Assembly: GCF_022045235.1 (NCBI RefSeq)
Contig: NW_027266275.1
Span: 73,036,001 to 73,100,000 of the forward strand
Length of the DNA stretch: 64,000 nucleotides
DNA from: Haliotis cracherodii
Lineage: Eukaryota
Direction of reading: 5' to 3'
Shown here: one piece after another, positions 26,576 to 40,239 of the stretch
How positions within the stretch are numbered: the stretch's first letter is position 1
Layout: each line of letters begins with the position of its first letter
Translations under genes and position numbers: made by a program
Notes under the pieces: generated by a model
The model's database searches: none
What the model saw: the letters and a program-made list of their open reading frames with translations, nothing else
What the model was told of the DNA's origin: nothing

Positions 26576-27008
26576 AGGTGAGGTGAAATTTGGCTTAACG
26601 TCGCGTCCAAGATTATTGCACTTATATAGCGACGTACATGCACGTGTGTGTGTGTGTGGCTGCTTGTACTAGTCCGGACTGATGCCAATTTATAGTGCTA
26701 GCTCACTGAGATACCATGCCGCAGTTTAACATGAATACCCCACTCAGACACAGTATACTGACTCCGAGCCGACAAGTCCTTGTTTTAGCCCTTTAATGCC
26801 GAGCGCCAGAACATGAATACCGCACTCAGACACAGTATACTGACTCCGTGCCGACCAGTCCTTGTTTTAGCCCTTTAATGCCGAGCGCCAGACAGGGTAA
26901 CAACAAGTACCATCTTTTAACGTCTTTTGGTATGACGCGGCCGGGGGTCGAACCCCGGACCTTCCGCTCTCCGGGCGGACGCTCTACCGCTAGACCACGG
27001 AGGCGGTC
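26576..27008 (-). mobile_element. V-SINE (family B) with an 82-bp internal tandem duplication
   Basis: Full-length copy; 26728-26809 is repeated at 26810-26891. Confidence 0.9.
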
Positions 27009-27065
27009 GTATCATACCTGAACGGATCACACGTGGCATACATACCTGACAGAATGATGCTGTTA

Positions 27066-27290
27066 TGAGTGAGTGATTTGGTATTTACGCCGCTTGGTAT
27101 TTTATTTATATCACGGCGTGATGTGTAAGGAAAACTCGAAGTGATGCAGGCCTTTGATGTTTACAACTTTGTATAAACTCCATGAGAAAAGACGTGGTGC
27201 CGAGATCCCCGAAACATATTCTTAGCGAATCTGGGATTCGAACCCACGACCACAGTGTTTTAAGCACAGCGAATTTGCCCCTCTTGTATC
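27066..27290 (-). mobile_element. Old tRNA-derived SINE (family D)
   Basis: B box GGTTCGAATCCC on the minus strand, (CACT) tail; shares catcactt..g.tttcct and gccgtgat blocks with 62830-62980. Confidence 0.6.
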
Positions 27291-27494
27291 AGAGCAAGCC
27301 ACTAACAGATTGGATATTTACTTAAATCATTCGCTTCAGGCCACAACGCGCTGTTGAGGACGATACTCTGTCTAATACCTACTGTGTCTGTGACCATATA
27401 TTTTTCAGAGGTATCTGCGTTACCAGGGCACCACTCGGTATTGGATAATCGCTTATGAGGTTAGCTACTGGGTATTGGACAATAAAACCGGCGA

Positions 27495-29675
27495 CTTGAT
27501 ATAGCATAATATTCACTTCCTGACTGGGTTGATATAGGCTATTCACTGCTGACTATGTTGATATAGCATATTCACTATAGACTGGGTTGAGATAGGCTAT
27601 TCACTGCTGTCTTTGTTGATATAGCATATTCACTATAGACTGGGCTGATATAGGCTATTCACTGCTGACTGTGTTGACATAGCATATTCACTTTCTGACT
27701 GGGTCCATATAGGCTATTCACTGCTGACTGTGTTGATATAGGCTATTCACTACCGACTTGGTTGATATAGGCTATTCACTGCTGACTGTGTTGACATAGC
27801 ATATTCCCTTTCTGACTGTGTTGTATATAGGCTATTCACTGCTGACTATGTTGACATAGCATATTCACTATCTGACTGGGTTGAAATAGGCTATTCACTG
27901 CTGACTGTGTTGATAAAGGCTATTCACTACTGGCTGGGTTCATATAGGCTATTCACTGCTGACTGTGTTGACATAGCATATTCACTACTGACTGGGTTCA
28001 TATAGGCTATTCACTGCTGTCTGTGTTGATATAGCATATTAACTACTGACTGGGTTGATATAGGCTACATTGCTGACTGTGTTGATGTAGCATATTCAAT
28101 ACTGACTGGGTTGAAATAGGCGTTTCACTGCTGACTGGGTTGAAATAGGCTATTAACTGCTCACTGTGTTGAAATAGGATATTCACTACTGACTGGATTG
28201 ATATATGCTATTCACTGCTGACTGTGTTGATCTAGGCTATTCACTGCTGACTGTGTTGATATAGGCTATTCACTACTGACTGGGTTGAAATAGGCTATTC
28301 ACTGCTGACTGTGTTGACATAGCATATTCACTACTGACTGGGTTCATATAGGCTATTCACTGCTGTCTGTGTTGATATAGCATATTAACTACTGACTGGG
28401 TTGATATAGGCTACATTGCTGACTGTGTTGATGTAGCATATTCAATACTGACTGGGTTGAAATAGGCGTTTCAATGCTGACTGGGTTGAAATAGGCTATT
28501 AACTGCTCACTGTGTTGAAATAGGATATTCACTACAGACTGGATTGATATATGCTATTCACTGCTGACTGTGTTGATCTAGGCTATTCACTGCTGACTGT
28601 GTTGATATAGGCTATTCACTACTGACTGGGTTGAAATAGGCTATTCACTACTGGCTGGGTTCATATAGGCTATTCACTGCTGACTGTGTTGATATAGCAT
28701 ATTAACTACTGACTGGGTTGATATAGGCTACATTGCTGACTGTGTTGATGTAGCATATTCACTACTGACTGGGTTGAAATAGGCGTTTCACTGCTGACTG
28801 GGTTGAAATAGGCTATTAACTGCTCACTGTGTTGAAATAGCATATTCACTACAGACTGGATTGATATATGCTATTCACTGCTGACTGTGTTGATATAGGC
28901 TATTCACAACTGACTGGGTTGAAATAGGCTATTCACTGCTGAATGTGTTGACATAGCATAATCACTTTCTGACTGGGTCCATATAGGCTATTCACTGCTG
29001 ACTGTGTTGATATAGCATATTCACTACTGACTGGGTTGATATAGGCTATTCACTACTGACTGGGTTGAAATAGGCTATTCACTGCTGAATGTGTTGACAT
29101 AGCATAATCACTTTCTGACTGGGTCCATATAGGCTATTCACTGCTGACTGTGTTGATATAGCATATTCACTACTGACTGGGTTGATATAGGCTATTCACT
29201 GCTGACTGTGTTGATAAAGCATATTCACTTTCTTACTGGTTTGAAATAGGCTATTCACTGCTGACTTTGTTGATATAGCATATTCACTTTCTGACTGTGT
29301 TGATATAGGCTACATTACTGACTGTGTTGATGTAGCATATTCTATACTTACTGGGTTGAAATAGGCGTTTCACTGCTGACTGGGTTGAAATAGGCTATTA
29401 ACTGCTCACTGTGTTGATAAAGCATATTCACTACTGACTGGATTGATAAATGCTATTTACTGCTGACTGTGTTGATCTAGGCTATTCACTACTGACTGTG
29501 TTGATATAGGTTATTCACTACTGACTGGGTTGAAATAGGCTATTCACTGCTGACTGTCTTGACATAGCATATTCACTTTCTGACTGGGTCTATATAGGCT
29601 ATTCACTGCTGACTGTGTTGATCTAGGCTATTCACTACTGACTGTGTTGATATAAGATATTCACTGCTGACTGTG
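27495..29675. repeat. Minisatellite, 29-bp unit with 58-bp dimer tendency (gttgatataggctattcactgctgactgt)
   Basis: Alternating ggctattc / gcatattc variants. Confidence 0.95.
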
Positions 29676-29689
29676 AATTAATAACCTGA

Positions 29690-30510
29690 CTGTGCTACAA
29701 CTTGAATACCGAGGATGTTCACAGAGGGAAGCCACAGTCATGTTGTACAGCCATGGCGACAACAGACGTGTGCAATGTGCATCGTCCTAGTGGAACAACA
29801 CACCTTTAGCCTTAAGATTATCATGCAGTTGTCTAAACAGATAAGTATAATATTAACCATTAACGGTCTGACCTTTTCAGAGGTAGTCCGATAGTAGGAT
29901 TCCTTTTGAATCCCAGAAAACCGAAGCCATCACCTTGCCGCTGATGGAACAGACTTCTTTGTCGTCGGAGATGTCAGAAGTTTCCAGTGCTTTGACTGCT
30001 GTCTAGTTTGTGGCTGGTCGTGATGTGAACCTAAGACTCACCTATGGTTACAAATCTCTCAACGAAATCAGCTGGGTCCGCTTCAAAACGACGTCAATTC
30101 TCACGAGAGATGATGAACCTGGAGCGTTTCTGATCAGGAGTCAGAAGCCTTGGAACCCAGGGTACTGAAATCCTTGTCACGCTCAGTCAATTCCTCGGAA
30201 TCTCTCATGAGATGTCAACTGTATTGGCTATGTGACGCTTGGTGAGTCGTCAATCCTCTATAACCATATCATATATTGTATCAACAAATTCCTGAGTAGT
30301 GGCAGTTGAAGTTCTTTAGCGGTACAGTTGAAGGTCTTCCTCATCTTGGAACATCTTCGAGGTTCCCTCTTCCCCTCTTGAACTCCGCTGCCCACCTCCT
30401 AGCTGTGGAATCATCCCCTACTGTTGAAACCATATTCACAGGGACGGCTGTTGGAGTTGACCTTTTCAGTTGGAGATACCTGATGACAGCGCGGTAGCCA
30501 ATTGTACACA
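29690..30510 (-). pseudogene. Decayed mariner (DD34D-type) transposase
   Basis: YRAVIRYLQLK...VSTVGDD...RRWAAEFKRGR.NLED.P (HTH), WVPRLLTPDQK, GKVMASVFWD, GVLFH*DDA and HPRYS (YSPDLAP remnant); many stops and frameshifts. Confidence 0.9.
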
Positions 30511-31884
30511 ACAAAGAATACCTAGTCACTTGGCCTCCTCCCGAGGCAAGAGTGTTAATTGACATTAATGGTCCAGTTTCACCCTTGCCGAACTAGGCTC
30601 TAATTCGTAGCACCACCAGTGGCTATTACGAGTTATGTCCCTTCTATGCCTCTCCTATGCACCAATCAGATTCCACCCCTCGTATCACTTGCATTTGCTT
30701 CAAACAAAATGTCGGCGCCCAGTCCAGACGATCTGATCGACAATCAAGATCTATATCGTGATAAAATGGATCTTACATCGCGAAATGCATCAAATCACAT
30801 GTGCACCTTGAATAAAAACATAAAAAGATTTGGAAAATATCTGTTGACACCGAGTTGGCGGTGCACATGCTTTGCAAATCCTGCAATCGACCGAAATCTG
30901 CATGACAGTTTACGAACAGGATTTCGATTTCATTGCGCGATTTTGATTGGACTGTGCATATACTCGTAAGTCCAGCCAAAATCTCCATAATACCAGCCTA
31001 TAGTCAGTTAGCTCTCTTGCCTCGGGAAGTTAGTCTTTTGGACGCCTGCAAAAATATGCTGCCGGCTGTATATACTCTTCAAACGCAGCCTGTTATCATG
31101 GGAAGTATTGTTTAGTACTTTATACAAAAAAAATGCTCACCATACATCTTTTGTAGTTCGTCACCGTCGTGACTTATATACTGCTACAGCTTTTAACTCT
31201 CTCTGACTGACCAACGTTGAAATTCACCACCCTCCCACCCCGCCCCTCACACAAGACCAGACTCTCAATCATTACCTGCCCCCGGGCCCATATACCTTCT
31301 TATACCTACCCCCCACACGCGTTAGCTCGGGGCACGAGTTTGTCAGGAGTCAAATGGGACAAATGAGTGACAGCCTCATCACTATCATCAACTATCGTCG
31401 TTAGCATTACAAGCTGGTAATAGACACAGTCTCTATCCGGGGAACATGACCGGAGACAGGTGCCCGTTAAGATCATCATAAAACTCCCCTGCTCGTCCCT
31501 CTTCTGAACAGGTTATAGTCACTGTTCCTTAAACAACAAAGATGCCCCCTGTCATTTGATCCGTCAGTTGTGGAGTGATCAAAGTGTGCTGCTGTAATGT
31601 GGCTGCCCCACTGCGGGATCGCGGCAGACTTCCAGTCAGACATACTCCGTTGTGTATTCAGGAAAAAAACCCACTTTGAACAGATTGGAGTTCGAACCGA
31701 TTCGTGATATCCGGGTACCTAATATGATCTCACGAGTGACTTAGTAACGGCTAGGGTGATAGTGGACATTGTATTTGAGTTACGCGGTTTGCTAACTAAC
31801 TTGGTAGAGACGATAGGAGCTGTGGTATTCCTGAATATATTCTCATTGGGAGAAGGTGGCGATGTTACAGGGTAGATGTAAGAC

Positions 31885-33020
31885 GATGTGGTGAGGTGAG
31901 GGGTGGCATGTGGTGAGGTGAGGGGTTGCGATGTGGCGAGGTGAGGGATGGCATGTGGTGAGGTGAGGGATGGCATGTGGTGAGGTGAGGGATGGCATGT
32001 GGTGAGGTGAGGGGTGGCATGTGGTGAGGTGAGGAGTGGCACGTGGTGAGGTGAGGGGTGGCATGTGGTGAGGTGAGGGGTGGCATGTGGTGAGGTGATG
32101 GTTGGCACGTGGTGAGGTGAGGGGTGGCAATGTGGTGAGGTGAGGGGTGGCACGTGGTGAGGTGAGGGGTGGCATGTGGTGAGGTGAGGGGTGGTATGTG
32201 GTGAGGTGAGGGGTGGCATGTGGTGAGGAGGGGTGGTATGTGGTGAGGTGAGGGATGGCATGTGGTGAGGTGAGGGGTGGTATGTGGTGAGGTGAGGGGT
32301 GGCATGTGGTGAGGTGAGGGGTGGCATGTGGTGAGGTGAGGGGTGGCGATGAGGTGAGGTGAGGTGTGGCGATGTGAAGAGGTAAGGTGGCATGTGGTGA
32401 GGTGAGGGGTGGCATGTGGTGAGGTGAGGTGTTGCGATGTGGTGAGGCGAGGGGAGACGATGTGGTGAGGTGAGGGGTGGCTTGTGGTGAGGTGAGGGGT
32501 GGCGATGTGGTAAGGTGAGGGGTTGCGATGTGGTGAGGTGAGGTATGGCATGTGGTGAGGTGAGGGGTGGCATGTGGTGAGTTGAGGGGTGGCACGTGGT
32601 GAGGTGAGGGGTGGCATGTGGTGAGTTGAGGGGTGGCATGTGGTGAGGGGTGGCATGTGGTGAGGTGAGGGCTGTCTTGTGGTGAGGTGAGGGGTGGCAT
32701 GTGGTGAGGTGAGGGGTGGCATGTGGTGGGGTGAGGGGTTGGCAGGTGGTGAGGTGAGGGGTTGGCAGGTGGTGAGGTGAGGGGTGGCATGTGGTGAGGT
32801 GAGGGGTGGCATGTGGTGAGGTGAGGGGTGGCATGTGGTGAGGTGAGGGGTGGCATGTGGTGAGGTGAGGGGTGGCATGTGGTGAGGTGAGGGGTGGCAT
32901 GTGGTGAGGTGAGGGGTGACATGTGGTGAGGTGAGGGGTGGCATGTGGTGAGGTGAGGTGTGACATGTGGTGAGGTGAGGGTGGCATGTGGTGAGGTGAG
33001 GGGTGGCATGTGGTGAGGCG
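31885..33020. repeat. G-rich minisatellite, 22-bp unit (tggcatgtggtgaggtgagggg)
   Basis: Direct inspection; explains three overlapping minus-strand ORFs. Confidence 0.95.
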
Positions 33021-33494
33021 AAGGATGACGCTGTGGTGGGGTGACGGGTGGTGATGTGACAGGGTACATGGAAGAGGATTTGGTGGTGTGCAGTTGTACA
33101 CCCTCGTCAATAAAATAACGTATCCTTTTCACCATCACGATGTGTTATGTTTGTGTGTCATCCCTGCTGGTCCGTGTTATACGTGCAGCTCCTACACGCC
33201 ATGGGGAGGTTTAAGGGACACTGACAGGGATGACGAAATATGTTGAATGATTGGCAAATGATAAACCAGACTAAAATATATCTTATGAACCCAGGTGGTA
33301 AAAACGGGACAAGGATTTTACGAGAGCATGTTTCGACTTGAGATTAAAGGCTCGAACCCTTCCCCTAATCGTTAAACCCTTTATTAACCACACAACACAG
33401 AATAGTTCTTCATGTGGATATGGTATAGAGTATGTGTGGTGAAAGGTTTCGTAAATACAGAATTATATCCACGAGTCAGCGAACAGGGACAGAA

Positions 33495-35070
33495 AGTCCA
33501 CTTCAAAGCCATCCCAAGTTCACTTCAAGTCCATCCCAAGTTCACTTCAAGTCCATCCCAAGTTCACTCCAAGTCCATCCCAAGTTCACTTCAAGTCCAT
33601 CCCAAGTTCACTCCAAGTCCATCCCAAGTTCACTTCAAGTCCATCCCAAGTTCACTCCAAGTCCATACCAAGTTCACTTCAAGTCCATCCCAAGTTCACT
33701 CCAAGTCCATCCCAAGTTCACTTCAAGTCCATACCAAGTTCACTTCAAGTCCATCCCAAGTTCACTTCAAGTCCATCCCAAGTTCACTCCAAGTCCATCC
33801 CAAGTTCACTTCAAGTCCATACCAAGTTCACTTCAAGTCCATCCCAAGTTCACTTCAAGTCCATCCCAAGTTCACTTCAAGTCCATCCCAAGTTCACTCC
33901 AAGTCCATCCCAAGTTCACTTCAAGTCCATCCCAAGTTCACTCCAAGTCCATCCCAAGTTCACTTCAAGTCCATCCCAAGTTCACTCCAAGTCCATACCA
34001 AGTTCACTTCAAGTCTATCCCAAGTTCACTCCAAGTCCATACCAAGTTCACTCCAAGTCCATCCCAAGTTCACTTCAAGTCCATCCCAAGTTCACTCCAA
34101 GTCCATCCCAAGTTCACTTCAAGTCCATCCCAAGTTCACTTCAAGTCCATCCCAAGTTCACTTCAAGTCCATCCCAAGTTCACTCCAAGTCCATCCCAAG
34201 TTCACTTCAAGTCCATCCCAAGTTCACTTCAAGTCCATCCCAAGTTCACTTCAAGTCCATCCCAAGTTCACTTCAAGTCCATCCCAAGTTCACTTCAAGT
34301 CCATCCCAAGTTCACTTCAAGTCCATCTCAAGTTCACTTCAAGTCCATCTCAAGTTCACTTCAAGACCATCCCAAGTTCACTTCAAGACCATCCCAAGTT
34401 TACTTCAAGTCCATCCCAAGTTCACTTCAAGTCCATCCCAAGTTCACTTCAAGTCCATCCCAAGTTCACTTCAAGTCCATCCCAAGTTCACTTCAAGACC
34501 ATCCCAAGTTCACCCAAGTCCATCCCAAGTTCACTTCAAGTCTATCCCAAGTTCACTCCAAGTCCATCCCAAGTTCACTTCAAGTCCATCCCAAGTTCAC
34601 TCCAAGTCCATACCAAGTTCACTTCAAGTCTATCCCAAGTTCACTCCAAGTCCATACCAAGTTCATTCCAAGTCCATCCCAAGTTCACTTCAAGTCCATC
34701 CCAAGTTCACTCCAAGTCCATCCCAAGTTCACTTCAAGTCCATCCCAAGTTCACTTCAAGTCCATCCCAAATCCACTTCAAGTCCATACCAAGTTCACTT
34801 CAAGTCCATCCCAAGTTCACTTCAAGTCCATCCCAAGTTCACTTCAAGTCCATCCCAAGTTCACTTCAAGTCCATCCCAAGTTCACTTCAAGACCATCCC
34901 AAGTTCACTTCAAGACCATCCCAAGTTCACTTCAAGTCCATCCCAAGTTCACTTCAAGTCCATCCCAAGTTCACTTCAAGTCCATCCCAAGTTCACTTCA
35001 AGACCATCCCAAGTTCACTTCAAGACCATCCCAAGTTCACTTCAAGTCCATCCCAAGTTCACTTCAAGCC
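33495..35070. repeat. Minisatellite, 22-bp unit of two 11-bp halves (caagtccatcc caagttcactt)
   Basis: Highly homogeneous; about 70 units. Confidence 0.96.
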
Positions 35071-35693
35071 CATGTTGTCCTCCACCCGTCTTGTTCAGTG
35101 GTAACTACAATACAGACAAATCTGGTCACCCTGCTGTCGTCACTTTGTAGAGAATGGTAAATGACAGATCTAGCAACTGAGAGTATACAACGACACTTAG
35201 ACTTACACAAGTGTATAACACGTTTAATATTAAATATTAAACTCATAATTTCTGGATGATATAAATAATAATGATAAGTTGTCTATAAAAGACTGGCGTC
35301 CTACCGCTTATCTAGACTTGCCTATTATATGGATAGAATTGCTATACATCCATGGACGTATTATTCAGTACAGCCTTGGAGCAAGGCTAGACATCACTGG
35401 TGGTGTGGAGAGTAAAACATTGAACTACTGGTACAAGAGTGGATATAGGATCTTAGAAAATGGGGGTGAATAGTGTTTTTGAAAAGGGGCGGTGAACATG
35501 ACATACTAAATAACAAACACATAATTAGGTAATCAATATGTATCTGTTAGCCAAAACGGTCATTTATTTATAGTTTTGTTGTAGAAAACATGTCTCCAAA
35601 TGATTTAGCTTGATCGGTTATCAACATTATTAGTATGCTTGAAAAGGGCGTGGAGCCCTTCATCTGGATATCGTATGAGGTAGTTGCTTGTAC

Positions 35694-35961
35694 TGTTTGT
35701 TTGTTTGTTGTTTAACGCAGCACTCATAAATATTCCAGCCATATGACGGCGGTCTGTAAATAATTGACTCCTGACCAGACAATCCAGTGATTGATATCAT
35801 GACCACCGATCCACGCAATTGGGATACGATAACATGCATCAACCAAGTGCGGGAGCTTGACCACCTGATCCCGTTAGTCGCCTCGTACGACAAGCACAGT
35901 CGCCTGTTACGGCAAGCATGGGTTGCTGAAGACCTATTCTACCCCGGAATCTTCACGGGTC
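35694..35961 (-). mobile_element. SINE family C (Meta/MESC-core-like)
   Basis: Core tgcttgtcgtacgaggcgactaa on the minus strand, (AAAC)n tail, degenerate TSD ttgcttgtactg / ttgctcgaactg. Confidence 0.85.
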
Positions 35962-37319
35962 CTTGCTCGAACTGAACAGACACAATAGCTGTTGATAATG
36001 AAGAAAGCTTGGACAATCACACACAATATTCTTACTCAGCAAAACAAGGATCTAACTGACATTCGTTTGCCGGTTTGTCTTTGCCAGACTCAACACGGGC
36101 CCAACTGTACTGCATCGAACAACAGCGTAAGTTAAGCCTATTTCCAAAGAAATGAGAGGACAGTTAAGCCACGCTGCCATTCAGTTAATATGCCAACTCC
36201 GTTTCACGGAATGAACAACATATTTTTGTATGTTTGTTTGTTAATGTAACACGTCAGTAAAATATTCAATTTGGTTGTTCCTGATTGAAGTGACACTACT
36301 GTAAAAGCTTGGTGGGGTGAGCTGATGACACGACCTGGCGCCGAGGGGGCGTCCTCCTCCCCAACCCGCCACACAACGCCGACGACATTACCCGTGTTAA
36401 TACGGTCAGCTGAGCGGAAGGATCAAAGCGTGCAATGAGACGTGACGATATGGATGTAAACACGGTGACGGAAACAATCCCTGTCTGTCAGTCGAGGAAA
36501 TCACTGCACCTTATATGGCTGCCGGGAAAGCTGAAGGCAGATTTCTTAATTGGTTTATTCAAGTACTCGTCTAATGTCATGCCATACCATTTCCCCTTCA
36601 TCTTTTTCTCATCAATAATAGTCAAGGGACATTCATGTATAGCATGAATCGACTGTCGCCCGACACACTAAGCTGACCCTGGGTCCCCTGAGAGCCAAGT
36701 ATCCGCATTTAAATTCATTTTGAAAAGGCGTACAGCTTGCAAGTCAGCTTTTAAAAAAATAAAATTATTGTTTGTTTCAAACAGTGACATTTATTGTGTA
36801 ACAAAGTATTCAAAGACAATATGTGTTAGTCTGTGTGGTAATACTATGTCCTCAAAACTATATTTTGTCCTTTGATAACATAACCGGAGTATCTTTACTC
36901 TTGGCGACTGGGATAGTAACGTCTGTTGGGAAGACGTGGACATTTTGCAGCGTTGTTCGCGCTGTTGCTGTCGTGAAGGAGTGGTTGTCGTGAGTACAAC
37001 GACAGCAACGCTATGCCCAGACGACTGCGGAATCTCGACTACAAGTCGCTGTAACAAAGCCAGTCAACATTACGGGTGTCTGATTACCACTGCAACCCGA
37101 GAAAATCTTGATTAAAAGCAGCAGGTGCCCCTCCCCCTCCCAGGCGGTGATCCTAGCGGCAAAGCGAGACCACAACCCTGTGAGGTGCCACCCAGACTCG
37201 GCTCTAATCCCGGGATCACTGTCACCAGCGTCCAGCCAGGTTCCGCCGGGTTCATCGGCGTCTACTGTAACGACTGAGAGGAGTGCGCAGTCGCTAGATA
37301 CGCCCAGTGTTTGTGGAGA

Positions 37320-38945
37320 TGGGAATATACTAGACACTGAAGTCAAGGAGACGGGAGATATGGGATGGGATATTAGCCACTCAATTCATGAAGATTGGGA
37401 TATACTAGACGTTGAATTCTTGAAGATTGGGGATATATTAGACGTTGAATTCTTGAAGATTGGGGATATATTAGACGCTCAAGTGGGAAGAGACGAGAGA
37501 TAAACTCGACACTTAAGTCGGGAGAAACGAGCGATAAACTAGACGCTCAAGAGGGAAGAAACGAGAGATCAACTAGGCGCTCAAGTCTGGGAGACGATAT
37601 ATCAACTCGAAGCTCAAGTCGGAAGAAACGAGAGATAAACTCGACGCTCAAGTGGGAAGAAACGAGAGATAAACTCGGCGCTCAAGTCGGAAAAGACGAT
37701 ATATCAACTCGACGCTCAAGAGAGAAGAAACGAGAGACCAACTAGACGCTCAAGAGGGAAGAAACGAGCGATAAACTAGACGCTCAAGTTGGAAGAAACG
37801 AGCGATAAAGAAGACGCTCAAGAGGGAAGAAACGAGAAACCAACTAGACGCTCAAGAGAGAAGAAACGGGAGATCAACTAGACGCTCAAGTGGGAAGAAA
37901 CGGGAGATCAACTAGACGCTCAAGTCGGAAGAAACGAGCGATAAACTAAACGCTCAAGAGGGAAGAAACGAGAGATCAACTAGGCGCTCAAGTCGGGGAG
38001 ACGATATATCAACTAGACGCTCAAGTGGGACTGAGTGAGTGAGTGAGTTTGGTTTTACGCCGCCTTTAGCAATATTCCAGCAATATCACGGCGGGGGACA
38101 CCAGAAATGGGCTTCACACATTGTACCCATGTCGGGATTCGAACCCGGGTCTTCGGCGTGACGAGCGAACGCTTTAACCACTAGGCTACCCGACCGCCCC
38201 CGCCTAAGTGGGAAGAAACGAGAGATAAACTAGACGTTCAAGAGGGAAGAAACGCGAGATCAGCTCGACACTTAAGTCGGAAGAGACGAGAGACCAACTA
38301 AACGCTCAAGTCAGAAGAGACTAGAGACCAGCTAGACGCTCAAGTCGGAGGAGACGAGAGATCAACTAGATGCTCAAGTCAGAAAGGACGAGAGATCAAA
38401 TAGATGCTCAAGTCGGAAGAAACGAGAGATCAACTCGACACTTAAGTCGGAAGAGACGAGAGACCAATTCGACGCTGAAGTCGGAACAGACGAGAGATCA
38501 ACTAGATGCTCAAGTCGGAAGAGACTAGAGATCAACTAGATGCTCAAGTCGGAAGAAACGAGAGATCAACTAGATGCTCAAGTCGGAACAGACGAAAGAC
38601 CAACTTGGCGCTCAAGTCGAAGAGACGAGAGATCAATTAGACGCTCACGTCGGAACAGACGAGAGATCAACTAGATGCTCAAGTCGAAGAGACGAGAGAT
38701 CAACTAGACGCTCACGTCGGAACAGACGAGAGATCAACTAGATGCTCAAGTCGGAAGAGACGAGAGATCAACTAGATGCTCAAGTCGAAGAGACGAGAGA
38801 TCAACTAGACGCTCACGTCGGAACAGACGAGAGATCAACTAGACGCTCACGTCAGAACAGACGAGAGATCAACTAGACGCTCACGTCGGAACAGACGAGA
38901 GATCAACTAGATGGTCAAGTTGGAAGAGACGAGAGACCAACTCTC
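37320..38945. repeat. Minisatellite, 33-34-bp unit (gacgctcaagtcggaagaaacgagagatcaacta)
   Basis: Diverged 33-bp units at the 5' end; interrupted by a SINE. Confidence 0.93.
38032..38200 (-). mobile_element. SINE family A inserted inside the 34-bp minisatellite
   Basis: Near-consensus copy with repeat units on both sides. Confidence 0.93.
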
Positions 38946-40239
38946 GAAGTCGAAGGAGAGGCTTTTTCAAAAGGAAGTAAACTCAGGGTTTTCAAAAAGG
39001 TGGGGAGAATAGCATATTCGAACCTCATCCTTGTATAGAGTTCATGGCTAACAGAATGTGGGTCGGCTTGTTAGAGAGGGTAAACCAGCTCATTGTGTCA
39101 TTGTTCACTCAGAGATAATGATCATGCCATCAGCCACTGGTCTGTTTGGTCCAAATAACACTGCGGCGTAAAACAACATCTCGCTCCTGTCGTTGAATGC
39201 AGTACTCCGCTTCACAATAGAGGAAGCCGGCGCAATGGCTGGGATGTTGTAGATTAGCGAGCCTTGAACACTGATGGGCGACAGGGTTGTATTGGGATTA
39301 CCAGGTCAACATGGCGACACCTCGAGGTGTTGCGTGCCGGGCTGTAAACAGTGAAGACTAATTAATGACTGACAGCAGGCTTACCTGACGCCACAGAGAC
39401 AAGGGAACATGGCAGAACGCAAAGCTCCACAGACGACCAACTTACCTGCCAGTACCGACCCTCCACGCCAGGCCCCGCGGTATCACGTTCAGCAAACACA
39501 CAGATCCCCCCTCTGCGTGACGCCAGGCGGAATGGGGTTCTGGGGGTGCTGGTGGTGGGTTTGGGTAGGGTGGGGGTGTAGGAGCTGGTGGTAAGGGTAG
39601 GGGTGGAGCGGTAAGCTGGAAAGAGGGTGTCCTAAGACTTGGAAAGTATTGAAAATGTTCATTGCAAAATGTCATAGAACCGTCCATAGGATTGTTTTGT
39701 TTATTTTTACATCCAAAACAACATGAGAACAATTGATTTTTTTCGGGAACATGTTATTTTTATATATAAAGTATCTTGCTTGTCTCATTCCATTCAGAAG
39801 TTGGAACCCTGTTCGAATATTTGATTTGTTAGATCATATTATATTCATTTCATAAATATTCTTCCTCTGGATAATTGCGTCTTATACACGTTCTGAAGTT
39901 GTACTGCTCTTGTTGCTGTCATGCTCACATACGGAAACGTACAACTTCTGGTTTATTGCATATAGCGACGTTTCCATGTAGTTTTTTACACACGTTTTGA
40001 TTCTCACGCATCGAAGCGTCGCTATATGCAATAAACCAGACGTTGTTATCCATGAAGTTGTACGTTTTCTTACTAATTCACCAACTTCTAGAATGCCAAT
40101 CAAACAGCCATGCTCACATGTTAAGACAGGGTTCAAATGCCATGATAAAGCTAGGACTAGTGTACTTCCTCCTTGCGGTAGGTGAAGTGCGACTGTCACT
40201 AGCTACAATAATGTCAGCCAGTGGGCCCCAATGGTGTGA

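Noticed and set aside
31719-33138. His/Pro-rich ORFs resembling extensin or shell-matrix proteins
   Set aside because: Open in all three minus frames because the 22-bp unit lacks stops; the unit is not a multiple of 3.
33412-35160. 582-aa and 572-aa ORFs
   Set aside because: A stop-free 22-bp repeat read in several frames; no domain or coding signature.
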